A stretch of DNA of 63,009 bases from Verrucomicrobia subdivision 6 bacterium (GTDB lineage Bacteria > Verrucomicrobiota > Verrucomicrobiia > Methylacidiphilales > Verrucolacustridaceae): assembly GCA_947441075.1 (NCBI GenBank), contig CANESK010000001.1, positions 1 through 63,009 of the forward strand, written 5' to 3'. The stretch's first letter is position 1. Each line of letters begins with the position of its first letter. Under the pieces are notes generated by a model, which was not told where the DNA came from, did no database searches, and was given only the letters and a program-made list of their open reading frames with translations. Positions 9,805 through 19,729 of this stretch are shown here, one piece after another. Both the position numbers and the translations under genes were made by a program.

Positions 9805-10779
9805 ATGGCCGTGATCACGATGAGAGAGGCGCTGAATCAGGCGCTGAGCGAAGAGATGGAGAGGGATGGTCGCGTGATCCTGATGGGGGAAGAGGTGGCG
9901 GAGTATCAAGGGGCGTACAAGGTGAGCTCTGGGCTTTTGCAAAAATTTGGGGCGAAACGGGTTCTGGATACACCGATCAGTGAGTCAGGTTTTGCGGGGT
10001 TGGGGGTGGGTGCGGCGATGCAGGGTTTACGACCCGTGGTGGAGTTCATGACCTGGAGTTTTTCGATGGTGGCGTATGATCAGATCGTGAACAACGCGGG
10101 GGCGATCCGTTATATGAGTGGTGGGCAGTATTCGATACCGATCGTCTTCCGAGGTTCGTCGGGAGCGGGATTGCAGGTGGGGGCGACCCATTCGCACACT
10201 CCAGAGAATTGGTACGCGAATGTACCTGCGATGACGGTGATCACGCCTGCTTTTCCGGATGACGCCAAGGGGCTCTTGAAAAGTGCGATCCGTAGCAACA
10301 ATCCAGTTTGTTTTATTGAGAATGAGAAGCTGTATGGATTTAAAGGGGAGGTACCTGAAGGTGATGTGCTGACAACGATTGGGCAGGCGCGGATTTGTCG
10401 GGAAGGGAGTCAGGTGACGTTGATTGCGAACAGTGCGTCGACTCATGTGGCGTTGGCCTCGGCTGAGCAGTTAGCGGCGGATGGGATATCGGCTGAGGTG
10501 GTAGATTTGCGAACGATCAAGCCGCTGGATATACCGACGATTCTGGCTTCGGTAGTGAAGACGAGTCGGGTGGTGATTGTGGAGGAGAATAAGCCATTTG
10601 CGGGTTGGGGAGCTCAGGTGGCCTATGAGATACAGCATCGGGCGTTTGATTCGTTGGATGCACCGATTGAGCGGGTGACGGGCCTTGATGTGCCTCAGCC
10701 GTATGCCCGGGTGTTGGAGCAGGCGGTGATGCCGAGTGCGGAGCGGGTGACGGAAGCGGCGAAAAAAACTTTGGGCTGA
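9805..10779 (+). CDS. pdhB: Pyruvate dehydrogenase E1 beta
   Basis: GEEVAEYQGAYKVS, DTPISESGF, RPVVEFM and VVDLRTIKPLD. Confidence 0.95.
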   Translation: MAVITMREALNQALSEEMERDGRVILMGEEVAEYQGAYKVSSGLLQKFGAKRVLDTPISESGFAGLGVGAAMQGLRPVVEFMTWSFSMVAYDQIVNNAGAIRYMSGGQYSIPIVFRGSSGAGLQVGATHSHTPENWYANVPAMTVITPAFPDDAKGLLKSAIRSNNPVCFIENEKLYGFKGEVPEGDVLTTIGQARICREGSQVTLIANSASTHVALASAEQLAADGISAEVVDLRTIKPLDIPTILASVVKTSRVVIVEENKPFAGWGAQVAYEIQHRAFDSLDAPIERVTGLDVPQPYARVLEQAVMPSAERVTEAAKKTLG

Positions 10780-10832
10780 TTTTTATCTTTGGGCTGGGGG
10801 TGGAAAAGGTGAAGTGAGTACGGGCGAAGTGG

Positions 10833-12896
10833 CTACCGACGAAGGGCTTCAAGCACGATAGACGGAGTGATGATTTCGGGGAGGAGTTGGGGGGTGGAGT
10901 CAGGGTTGGGGCGGAGGAGGACGTAAGTGGGAACCCCTTCTCGGCCATATTTCTGGAGAGCGGTGGTAATGGCTGGATCGCGCCGGGTCCAGTCGGCCAC
11001 GAGAAATGTGACATTTCTTTCACGGAAGGCGGTTTTGATTTCTGCACGAGAAAGGGTGAGTCGTTCGTTGACTTGGCAGGTGAGGCACCAAGCGGCGGTG
11101 AAATCGATAAAGACGGATCGGCCAGCGGCGAGTTGGCGGGCGACCTCGGCTTCGGACCAGGGGAGGCGATCGGTGGAGGTTGTGGGGAGGGTGGAGGCAG
11201 GGGCGGTTTTTAGAAGGAGGGCGGGCAGGAGGCAGGCGAGGAGAGTGAGGGTGATGCCGAGGATTCGGAGCGGGCGAAGAGGGGGGAAGGATCGTTGGGA
11301 TTGGCCGTAGAAAAGGAGTCCGAGGGTGAGGCTAAGGAGTCCGAGAAGTACGGGTAAGATGGAGGAAGTTCCGCTGATGCGGAAAGCGACCCAGAGAAGC
11401 CAAAGAACGGCGGCGAACATGGGGAGGGAGAGAATCTTTTTTAGAGTGTTCATCCAGGCACCAGGTTTGGGGAGGAAAGAAAGCAGAGATGGGAAATAAG
11501 AGAAAAGGAGGACAGGCAGAGCGAAGCCGAAAGCCAGAGAGGTGAAGATGGAGAGAGTATGGAGTGGAGGAAGGGCGAATGCGGTGGCAAGGGCGACGCC
11601 CATAAAGGGTGCGGTGCAGGGGGAGGCGACGGCGACGGCCAGAAGTCCGGAAGCGAAAGCTCCGGTCCAGCCCTGTTTTGGGCTCTTCGAGGCAAGGTCG
11701 CCGAGGAGAACTTGAAATTCGAAGACGCCGAGGAGATTGAGGGCGAGGGCGAAGAGGAGGGCAAGGAGGAGCCAGACGACAGGAGGAGATTGGAGTTGGA
11801 AGCCCCAACCGAGAGCTTGGCCTGAAGATCGTAGGATGATGAGAAGTCCAGCGAGGCCGAGGAGGGAGAGGAGGACGCCTGCAAAAAAGGCGAGTCCTTC
11901 GCGACGAGCGGCGGTGGGGCTCTCCCCTGAGATCTGAACGAGGTGGAGGGCTTTGAGGGAGAGGATAGGAAAAACGCAAGGCATAATATTTAGGATGAGT
12001 CCGCCAAGGAAAGCGAAGAGCAGAGCGAGGGAGAAGCTGGAGTTGGCGGTTGAAGAAGCGGAAGGGAGGGGTGGGAGAGGAACAGAAATCCTGAGGGCAC
12101 GATGTCCAGCGGAGTCCCAGGGTTTATCGGCAAGGAGCACGCCGGTGAGGAGAGAAGGGAGGTGCGCTTTTTTCTGGAGGGGCAGGATGAGGTGGAGTCC
12201 ATTCCGCGAGGAACGGAGGTTTGTGGGAGTGAATTCATCGACCCAGTCACTGGTATCAGGAAAAAAGGTAAGTTGGCCGAGGGGTCGGGAAGGTTGAAGG
12301 AGATGGAGGTCGACCGAGTCGTTCGAGGGGGTCGCGGTGAAGCGAAAGGAGGGGTCGGAGATAGGTAAGTTGAGGAGGGTCTGAGCAATGCTGGGCAGGA
12401 GTTTCGGATTTGGTTTGGCGGGAAGGGCAAGAGAAAGAGTGGCACTTCCTGGAAGACAGGCTTCTTTACAGACGAGCCAATCGAGTTGGGCGCGGAGGGT
12501 GAAGGATTTTCCTTTAGGCCAAGTGGAAGGAGGAGTGATTTGGGTGAGGAGAATGGTTTCGTCGGTGTAACCGTAGCTGACGAGAGGTGGTGCAAGTATT
12601 TTGTGGGGGAAGGGAAACTGGAGAGCAGAAGCAGAAAATCCAGGGGGCAGTTTCCAGTCGACCGAAGGAGGAAGGCCGGAGTCTCCTGGATTGGAGGCAT
12701 AGATGTGCCAACCCGGTTTTGGAAGGAAGCGGAGGCCAACGGTGAAGGACTTGCCTGAAGATGGGGGGGGAGGAACGGGAATGAGCTCAACGGTGAGTTG
12801 GGGGGTACGGGCGAGGGGGTTGGCCTGGAGGGAGGCGGCGAAAAAAAGGGAGAGAAGCCAATGGGAATAAGGCCAAGTGTGAGTTGGGGTGCTCAT
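10833..12896 (-). CDS. dsbD: Thiol:disulfide interchange protein DsbD-like
   Basis: N-domain GWHIY/NPGDSG and WLVCKEACLP; TM domain MPCVFP and SPCTAPFMG; thioredoxin domain FTAAWCLTC. Confidence 0.92.
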   Translation of the reverse strand: MSTPTHTWPYSHWLLSLFFAASLQANPLARTPQLTVELIPVPPPPSSGKSFTVGLRFLPKPGWHIYASNPGDSGLPPSVDWKLPPGFSASALQFPFPHKILAPPLVSYGYTDETILLTQITPPSTWPKGKSFTLRAQLDWLVCKEACLPGSATLSLALPAKPNPKLLPSIAQTLLNLPISDPSFRFTATPSNDSVDLHLLQPSRPLGQLTFFPDTSDWVDEFTPTNLRSSRNGLHLILPLQKKAHLPSLLTGVLLADKPWDSAGHRALRISVPLPPLPSASSTANSSFSLALLFAFLGGLILNIMPCVFPILSLKALHLVQISGESPTAARREGLAFFAGVLLSLLGLAGLLIILRSSGQALGWGFQLQSPPVVWLLLALLFALALNLLGVFEFQVLLGDLASKSPKQGWTGAFASGLLAVAVASPCTAPFMGVALATAFALPPLHTLSIFTSLAFGFALPVLLFSYFPSLLSFLPKPGAWMNTLKKILSLPMFAAVLWLLWVAFRISGTSSILPVLLGLLSLTLGLLFYGQSQRSFPPLRPLRILGITLTLLACLLPALLLKTAPASTLPTTSTDRLPWSEAEVARQLAAGRSVFIDFTAAWCLTCQVNERLTLSRAEIKTAFRERNVTFLVADWTRRDPAITTALQKYGREGVPTYVLLRPNPDSTPQLLPEIITPSIVLEALRR

Positions 12897-12923
12897 GGAT
12901 TTAGGATAGTCTACTTTTCGTTG

Positions 12924-14390
12924 ATGGAAACGGTTTCTGCTGAGTTGTCTAAGCAGTTGCGGGATTTACCGCATCGGCCAGGGGTGTATCTCTTTCGGGA
13001 TCGCTTCCATCGGGTAGTTTATGTGGGCAAGGCGAAGGACTTGCATCGGCGGGTGGGGCAATATTTTCATCCTTCGAGAAAATTTGGGGCAGATTTAAAG
13101 ACGAGGGCGTTATTGCAGAGCATAGCGGAGTTAGAAACCCATGTAGTGAAGAGCGAGCCAGAATCGATCCTATTGGAAGGAAGGTTGATCAAGGAGTATC
13201 GACCAAGGTACAACGTGAGTTTTCGGGATGATAAACGATTTCTGCTGGTGCGAGTGGATTTAGCGGAACCCTATCCTCGGTTTCAGATGACCCGGATGAA
13301 GAATGAGGATCAGGCGAGATACTTTGGGCCTTTTGCCCATTCGGGAGCCTTGCGGCAGACCTTGTCACTGATTCGGAAAAAATTCGGGTTGCGGTCTTGT
13401 CGGCCAGCGTCGCCTGGGGAGAAAGATTATCGGCACTGCATGGATGATGTCATTCGCAACTGCAGTGCTCCGTGTGTGGGCAAGATCACGCAAGAGGCAT
13501 ATGGGGAGAGAGTGAGATTGGCTTGCGAGTTTATGGAGGGGAAAACGCTGGAGATGCGGGAGTCGCTGGAGGAGGCGATGGTCAAGGCGGCGGGACGAAA
13601 GGACTTTGAGAAGGCGGCTTCTTTACGAAACTTGGTTGAAGATCTGAAAAAGACGACCCGACCTACGCGAAAATTCTTTCGCTCGCTACCGAGTACGGTG
13701 GTTCCGGAGAAGGACTTGGAAACATTGCGGGATGCTTTGGGCTTAGCGGTGGTACCTGCACGTATCGAGTGTTTCGATATTTCGAATATTTCGGATACGC
13801 ACAGCGTGGCATCAATGGTGGTTTTCCGTGATGGGAGGCCAGCGAAGGAGGCGTACCGGCGTTTTCGGATACAGGGTGTGCAGGGGCAAGACGATGTGGG
13901 GTGCATGGCGGAAGTGATTCGGCGAAGGTGCCAAAGATTGAAGTTAGAGGGTCAAAATCCACCCGATCTGATGGTGGTGGACGGGGGAAAGGGGCAGTTG
14001 GGCGCAGCAGTGAGAGAGTTGAAACTTGTCGGTTGGGAGGGTGTTCCTGCGATTGGGTTGGCGAAGCAGAATGAGGAGATTTTTCGGCCTGGGCGTCCTG
14101 ACCCGCTGGTTTTACCGCATGAAAGTGGAGCAATCCGGTTATTGCAGAGAGTACGGGATGAAGCGCATCGGGTGGCGAATGGGTATCACCAGCTTTTAAT
14201 GAAGAAAAGAATGGAGATGAGTGAGTTGGACTCGATTCCTGGAGTGAGTGGGGTACGGAAGCGGGCGTTGTTAAAGAAGTTTGGAACTGTGGGGAGGGTG
14301 GCGAAGGCGAGTGTGGAGGAGTTGGCGGAGGTAGAGGGTGTGGGGGAAAAGGTGGCAGCGGTGATTGCGGCGTATTTTGTGAAAGGGTGA
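12924..14390 (+). CDS. uvrC: Excinuclease ABC subunit C
   Basis: GIY-YIG motif (PGVYLF...YVGKAKDL), ECFDISN, VDGGKGQL, RDEAHR and C-terminal HhH. Start taken at ATG 12924. Confidence 0.95.
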   Translation: METVSAELSKQLRDLPHRPGVYLFRDRFHRVVYVGKAKDLHRRVGQYFHPSRKFGADLKTRALLQSIAELETHVVKSEPESILLEGRLIKEYRPRYNVSFRDDKRFLLVRVDLAEPYPRFQMTRMKNEDQARYFGPFAHSGALRQTLSLIRKKFGLRSCRPASPGEKDYRHCMDDVIRNCSAPCVGKITQEAYGERVRLACEFMEGKTLEMRESLEEAMVKAAGRKDFEKAASLRNLVEDLKKTTRPTRKFFRSLPSTVVPEKDLETLRDALGLAVVPARIECFDISNISDTHSVASMVVFRDGRPAKEAYRRFRIQGVQGQDDVGCMAEVIRRRCQRLKLEGQNPPDLMVVDGGKGQLGAAVRELKLVGWEGVPAIGLAKQNEEIFRPGRPDPLVLPHESGAIRLLQRVRDEAHRVANGYHQLLMKKRMEMSELDSIPGVSGVRKRALLKKFGTVGRVAKASVEELAEVEGVGEKVAAVIAAYFVKG

Positions 14391-14397
14391 AGGTGGG

Positions 14398-15438
14398 ATG
14401 AGGCGAAAAAGAGTCCAGAGTGGGTTGGAGGAGTGGGTGGTGGAGGGGAGGGAAGGAGGGATTTATCTTCCTCAGGTGGATTTATGGATGGATCCGAAGC
14501 GCCCGCAAAAGCGGGCGGTGGTGACGCATGCGCACTATGATCATCTGGCGGGGCATGAGGAAATTTTGGCGAGTCCTGCAACGGCGCGATTATTGCGGTT
14601 GAGGGTTTCCAAGAGAACGAAGATTCGGGCGATTCCGTTTGGACAATCGTTCTCCTTGAAGGCTGGCGCGAGTTTCACTTTGGTTCCTGCAGGGCATATT
14701 TTGGGATCGGCGATGGTGCTGGTGAAGCGGCGGGTGGGAAGGAGGGAGAGTCGGCTACTTTACACGGGAGATTTTAAATTACGTGGAGGAAAGACCTCGG
14801 AGAAATGTGAGCCGAAGCGTGCGGATGTGTTGGTGATGGAGACAACCTTTGGCCGACCCGAGTATCGATTTCCTGAAGTAAAGAAAGTGGTGGTAGAGAT
14901 TATTTCTTTTTGTCGTGATGCATTGAAGGAGGGAAAGGTTCCGATCCTTCTGGGTTATTCGTTAGGAAAGAGCCAAGAGCTCTTATCTTTGATGGGAGCG
15001 GCTGGCATGCCGATTTTGATGGATGCGGCAGGGCATCGAATATGTGAGGTGTATCGGGAGTTGGGTCAGGCCCTGCCCCCTGCGAAACGGTTAGGCAAGA
15101 TCACGCAGGAGAAGGTGAAGGGTCATATTTTAATTGTTCCTCCGTCGATGGTCAGAGGTAGGGGGCTGAAGGGTTTAGATAGACGAAAAGTGGCGGTGGC
15201 AAGTGGGTGGGCTTTGGATCGAGGGGCTATTTACCGCTATGGTTGTGATGAGGCGTTTGTTTTATCGGATCATGCGGATTATGGAGAGTTGATCGAGATG
15301 GTGGAGAAGGTGAAGCCGAAGGAGGTGCGAACGGTCCACGGGTTTACGAAAGAGTTTGCGATGGACTTGCAGGAGAGGGGTTGGAAGGCGTGGGCATTGC
15401 TGGGGGACACGCAGATGGTTTTACCCCTGACCTCGTAA
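14398..15438 (+). CDS. MBL-fold/beta-CASP-type exonuclease (ligase-associated DNA damage response family)
   Basis: THAHYDH, PAGHILGSA, YTGDF, ETTFG, GYSLGKSQE and LSDHADY motifs. Confidence 0.85.
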   Translation: MRRKRVQSGLEEWVVEGREGGIYLPQVDLWMDPKRPQKRAVVTHAHYDHLAGHEEILASPATARLLRLRVSKRTKIRAIPFGQSFSLKAGASFTLVPAGHILGSAMVLVKRRVGRRESRLLYTGDFKLRGGKTSEKCEPKRADVLVMETTFGRPEYRFPEVKKVVVEIISFCRDALKEGKVPILLGYSLGKSQELLSLMGAAGMPILMDAAGHRICEVYRELGQALPPAKRLGKITQEKVKGHILIVPPSMVRGRGLKGLDRRKVAVASGWALDRGAIYRYGCDEAFVLSDHADYGELIEMVEKVKPKEVRTVHGFTKEFAMDLQERGWKAWALLGDTQMVLPLTS

Positions 15439-15518
15439 GAGAGAAGCGGTGCCTATTTAGTCGAAGGCAGGGGAGAGGAAATTAGAAAGTCAGCCGAACC
15501 TCAAAGAAGGTGAATGGA

Positions 15519-15935
15519 TTAACTGTTGCCGTCGATCGAAGTGGAGTCGGAGCGTGTGGTATTGTTCTCGGTACGGCCTGAGGTGACATGCTCGGATTTG
15601 ATTTCCATATCGATGGTGCCTTTGACGCTAGCGCCATCATTGATGATGAGGCGAGGGGCGCGAATATCACCGACGACATAGCCTCCGCTGACAATTTCAA
15701 TCTTTTCGGTGACGGAAATGTTTCCAATGACACCGCCAGCAACATTTACGTTAGCAGCATCGACATCGGCTTTGACGACACCTGAATCACGAACCAAAAC
15801 AGTGGTCTCGATCGTGATTCGTCCTTCGACAGTGCCTTCTATGGTAAGTTGTTCATTCCCAAGAATTTCACCTTTAACCGTAACGGATTTACCAATGATA
15901 GTTTGCGGGATATCTTTATCTAAGCCTATTTTCAT
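15519..15935 (-). CDS. Bactofilin (polymer-forming cytoskeletal protein)
   Basis: TIIGKSVTVKGEI...LTIEGTVEGRI...VVGDIRAPRLIINDGA beta-helix repeats. Confidence 0.9.
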   Translation of the reverse strand: MKIGLDKDIPQTIIGKSVTVKGEILGNEQLTIEGTVEGRITIETTVLVRDSGVVKADVDAANVNVAGGVIGNISVTEKIEIVSGGYVVGDIRAPRLIINDGASVKGTIDMEIKSEHVTSGRTENNTTRSDSTSIDGNS

Positions 15936-16068
15936 GGGTGGGAAGCAGTGTTGCTAGGGACTTTGATACAGAAATAATGGAGTAAGGTCAAGGTGAGCGT
16001 GCCGAGCGAGCGAAAGAGAAATGGGGATAAGTAAAGTTTGTGAAATTACGCATTTAAGAGTAAAAAAA

Positions 16069-17790
16069 CTATTTCGAACTTGTCTGCCAGACCCCGTTCC
16101 AGTCCTTGGGAGGGGGGGTCCGGGCAAAGGTGGCGATGCGGGTAAGGAATTCAAGGGAGGGACCATCGTGTTGTTTGATTTCCAGGCAGGCGCGAAAGCC
16201 TTGTTCAGCATTTTGCCAATTCTGCTGGCGGTAGTGATCGAGGGCGATGCGGAAGGTGTGACAAAGTTCGGTGGTAGGGGCATCTAGTTCCCCTCCTTTA
16301 CTGAGAAGCTCGTAAATACGAATCGGTTCCGTTTTCCCGTAGACAGTGACAAGATCGAGTTCACGAACTTCGACCTCGGTTTCAACAAGGCGATAGCACT
16401 CCTCGTTGATGATGAGATCGGTACCGTAGACTTTATTCACGCCTTCCAAGCGGGAAGCGATGTTGACGGTGTCGCCGATGACGGTGAACGATTTGGTGGT
16501 ATCGGATCCTACAGTGCCAATGAGGGTGTCCCCAGTTGCTAAGGCCATGCGAACATGGAATTTTGGGAGATTGCGCCGAAGACCTGTAATATTGGAAATA
16601 TCTTTAGCGATCTCGGCAAAGGCAGAGCGCATCTCGAGAGTGGCGAGGCAGGCGTGGTGGGCATGGCTTTCGCCCTCTGAGAAGGGGCTGGCCCAAAAGG
16701 CCATGACACCGTCCCCGATGAACTTATCTACGATACCGTGATTTCGGCGAATGATCTCAGTGGCGGAAGTGAAGTAGCGGTTGAGAAGGCGGACGACCGT
16801 ATCGGCAGTGAGCTGTTCCCCAATTGCGCTAAAGCCCGCGATATCGGAAAAGAAGATGGTGAGGTTGCGACGTTCGGCGCTTTGACGGAGTTCACCCGTG
16901 ATCGGGTTAACGACATTGGCGACGATTCGTGGGTCGAGGAATTGACCGAAGGCTTCGCGAAGTTTTTCTTTCGACTTGAGCTGGTCGACCATGGAGTTGA
17001 AGGAGGTGGTGAGATCGCCGATTTCATCGCCCGAGGTGACGGGAAGGGGATCGGAGTATTTTCCGTCTGCGGTTTCGTGGAAAGCGGAGGTAAGGCGACG
17101 GAAAGCGTTTTGCAACCGACCTGTGATGAAAAGAAAAACAAATAGTCCAAGTACGGACGCTGCAAGAAAGAGGGCGGAGTTGGCCCAAATGATGGCGCTA
17201 ATGTTACTCCGAGTCTCATCAAGGGCACTGATGGCGAGTTGGTTGGAGGTTTGGCGGACTGCGGAAACGAGTGGATCGAGATATTCAAAATTAGAAAGGT
17301 CTGAGGTGGCTTTCTTGGCTTCTGCGACTCTGCCCTGCCGCATGAGTTCAACGGGTAGGCATGCTGCTTGAGAGAAACGAGAGACTTCGGATTTGAGTGA
17401 ATCGATCGTTCCAATGAGGCGCGCCATTTCTAAGCGATCTACCAGATCATTGCGGTCGTCTTTACTTCCTACTTCGGCAAGTGACCTAGATTCCTGGAAG
17501 ATAGAATCGATCTGATCGTGACATTTTTGCGTACGGGCATGGATTTCATCGATCCTTTGCTTGGAAGGATTTACCTCCGTGACTAATCGATGGGCGATGA
17601 CCTCGATTTCGTACGAGACAACATCAAGAGAATTGAGTCGGGTGAGAATGGGAAGGTGATATTCCAAGATACAGTTCAACTCATCGTCGGAATCGTTGAC
17701 CATGTAGAGTGTGATCCCGAGAGCGACTGCAAAAAAGATCAACAGGGCGATTGCCCCGGTCATAATTTTGGTTCGGAGGGAGTAGCCCAT
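16069..17790 (-). CDS. Membrane-bound class III adenylate/guanylate cyclase with HAMP domain
   Basis: Two TMs flanking a helical periplasmic domain, HAMP (DEIGDL..SFNSM), catalytic FSDIAGFS, DKFIGDGVMAFW, GDTVNIASRLEG, and a C-terminal TPR-like tail. Confidence 0.93.
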   Translation of the reverse strand: MGYSLRTKIMTGAIALLIFFAVALGITLYMVNDSDDELNCILEYHLPILTRLNSLDVVSYEIEVIAHRLVTEVNPSKQRIDEIHARTQKCHDQIDSIFQESRSLAEVGSKDDRNDLVDRLEMARLIGTIDSLKSEVSRFSQAACLPVELMRQGRVAEAKKATSDLSNFEYLDPLVSAVRQTSNQLAISALDETRSNISAIIWANSALFLAASVLGLFVFLFITGRLQNAFRRLTSAFHETADGKYSDPLPVTSGDEIGDLTTSFNSMVDQLKSKEKLREAFGQFLDPRIVANVVNPITGELRQSAERRNLTIFFSDIAGFSAIGEQLTADTVVRLLNRYFTSATEIIRRNHGIVDKFIGDGVMAFWASPFSEGESHAHHACLATLEMRSAFAEIAKDISNITGLRRNLPKFHVRMALATGDTLIGTVGSDTTKSFTVIGDTVNIASRLEGVNKVYGTDLIINEECYRLVETEVEVRELDLVTVYGKTEPIRIYELLSKGGELDAPTTELCHTFRIALDHYRQQNWQNAEQGFRACLEIKQHDGPSLEFLTRIATFARTPPPKDWNGVWQTSSK

Positions 17791-17824
17791 ATAAGTTCTA
17801 TCTTAACCTAAGAGGTTGAAGGGG

Positions 17825-18691
17825 TCACGCCTTGCGGTTCGTAAGCCAAATACCTTCCTCGCCCTTGGGATCGATCCACTGGTGAATACAGGTTAGGCCA
17901 GAGGTCTGAATCCAGGATTCGACTTGGGAGAGGGTGGGGCGTCGTGAGGAGAAGAGAGTGTGGGTTGGTTTATTTCCTGCGATCCAACGAGCCTCGATAC
18001 GAGAGAGGGAAGATTGAGTGGTGTCGCGATAGACGCCAAAGTGAAGAGAGCCACGGGTCACTTTGGGGTGGGTTCTTTGGAAAACTGCACGCAGCCAGCG
18101 AATGGTTTGGGGGTTGTTGTACTGCGGGAGGACACGGAGGGCACCCCTTCGTCCGTTTTTTCCTGGGGCAAGGTTTGTACTAAAAAGGAGAAGATCCTTT
18201 CGAGCCATATTTTTAGCGAGGCAACGAAGAAGAGGGAGAGGATCTAGATTGGGTAGTACGCCAAAGAGAGTGATGAGGCGGGGTGGGCGTGGGGCTTTTG
18301 TTTTTGAATGAGAATTTGGGGGCATAAGAATACGCGAAATGGAGGAGGGGGAGGCGAGATCGATCTGGCGAGCGATTTTAGCTCGGGCGGGTAGCTTTCG
18401 TGCTGCGATTTTAGCCATTGATAGGCAGGTATCGGCAGTGAGGAGAAGGGTGGGTTTAGGAAGTTTGCGGAGGAGAAGGGATTCCTTGAGGCCTTCGGCA
18501 CAACCAAGGGCGACGAAATTGTAGGGGGCGTGGCGAAGTAGAGCGCGAAGAACGGTGGCGGGTTGGGTGTAGAGGCGGCGGACGGCGGGGCGCTGATAAA
18601 AAGGAGAGCAGTTGAGGTGGACTTCTTTCCAAAGGCGCGCAAGGGAGGGGTGGGAGTAGAGGGCGGAGGCGGGGAGATGGACGATAGCCAT
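17825..18691 (-). CDS. Divergent SAM-dependent methyltransferase, EgtD (Methyltransf_33)-like
   Basis: ALGCAEGLKE at the SAM motif I position, ITLFGVLPNL, LLFSTNL and LPQYNN; weak family resemblance only. Confidence 0.55.
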   Translation of the reverse strand: MAIVHLPASALYSHPSLARLWKEVHLNCSPFYQRPAVRRLYTQPATVLRALLRHAPYNFVALGCAEGLKESLLLRKLPKPTLLLTADTCLSMAKIAARKLPARAKIARQIDLASPSSISRILMPPNSHSKTKAPRPPRLITLFGVLPNLDPLPLLRCLAKNMARKDLLLFSTNLAPGKNGRRGALRVLPQYNNPQTIRWLRAVFQRTHPKVTRGSLHFGVYRDTTQSSLSRIEARWIAGNKPTHTLFSSRRPTLSQVESWIQTSGLTCIHQWIDPKGEEGIWLTNRKA

Positions 18692-18753
18692 CGACGGAGG
18701 CTAGCCGAAGGTGGCGGTAGAGGTAAGTACGGAAAGCGGTTGGGGGTGGTAAG

Positions 18754-19677
18754 TTAGGAGGCGCGGAGAAGACCGCCGCGTTGGACGAGCTTGCGAAAGT
18801 ATTCGGGAAAGTTTTCCTCTTTGAGTAGCCGACGGCGGAGTTTGCTGAGCGCACTGTTCTGGATCTGGCGAACTCGTTCGCGGGTGACGCTAAGTCTATC
18901 GCCGATTTGCTCGAGGGTTCGTTCTTGAGAATCACCCAAGCCAAAACGGAGTTGAAGAATTTCGATTTCTCGGGAAGTGAGAACTTGGAGAGAGCGGGTG
19001 ACCGCTTCACGGAAATCGATCCGCTCATGCTCTTCCGTGGGATCCACGGCTACGGGATCTGCTAGGAGATCGCCGAGGGTACTGTCTTCCCCTTCTGAAC
19101 CGATGCGGACATCTAGGGATACGGTCCCCGAAGAGATTTCGCGCAGTCTGGTAACATAGCTGGGTTCGACTTGGAGCTCTTCTGCGAGTTCGAACTCGTT
19201 GGGTTCGCGCCCGAGTTCAGCGCTGAGGGCTGAGCTGACTCGGCGGAGGCGTTGGATTCGGTCGACGAGATGAACGGGAAGTCGGACGGTTTTGCTTTGG
19301 TTAGCGAGAGCCCGGCGGATGGATTGTTTGATCCACCAGCAGGCGTAAGTACTAAATTTAACTCCGCGGCTAGGTTTAAATCGCTCGACGGCCTTCATTA
19401 AGCCGAGGTTACCTTCGGAGATGAGGTCGAGAATTGGCAGGCCACAGTGTTTGTAGTCGGAGGCGAGTTTGACCACGAGGCGGAGGTTGGCCTTGATCAT
19501 GAGTTCGCGGGCACGACCTTCTCCCTTGCGAACACGGCGGGAGACGGAGAGTTCCTCTGTGCGGTTGAGGAGGGGAGTTTCGCCGATACCGCGCAGATAG
19601 GAGTGCAGGGCTGCGGGGAGTTCGACGTGGGGGGTAGAGACTTTCACTCCTCTGGTGGCAACTAATTCTGTTCTCAT
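18754..19677 (-). CDS. Sigma-70 family RNA polymerase sigma factor (RpoD/RpoS-like, no region 1.1)
   Basis: ANLRLVVK, DLISEGNLGLMKAVERF, KFSTYACWWIKQ, VRLPVH and TRERVRQIQ. Confidence 0.95.
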   Translation of the reverse strand: MRTELVATRGVKVSTPHVELPAALHSYLRGIGETPLLNRTEELSVSRRVRKGEGRARELMIKANLRLVVKLASDYKHCGLPILDLISEGNLGLMKAVERFKPSRGVKFSTYACWWIKQSIRRALANQSKTVRLPVHLVDRIQRLRRVSSALSAELGREPNEFELAEELQVEPSYVTRLREISSGTVSLDVRIGSEGEDSTLGDLLADPVAVDPTEEHERIDFREAVTRSLQVLTSREIEILQLRFGLGDSQERTLEQIGDRLSVTRERVRQIQNSALSKLRRRLLKEENFPEYFRKLVQRGGLLRAS

Positions 19678-19729
19678 ATTAGGTTAGACTGGTGAGAGGT
19701 AGGAACGTTCGGATTTATTTTACGAAAAA

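Noticed and set aside
16069-17790. Cyclase as part of a Pycsar/CBASS-like defence system with the cNMP protein
   Set aside because: It is a HAMP-containing membrane sensor cyclase; the cNMP gene is about 15 kb away and has no effector domain.
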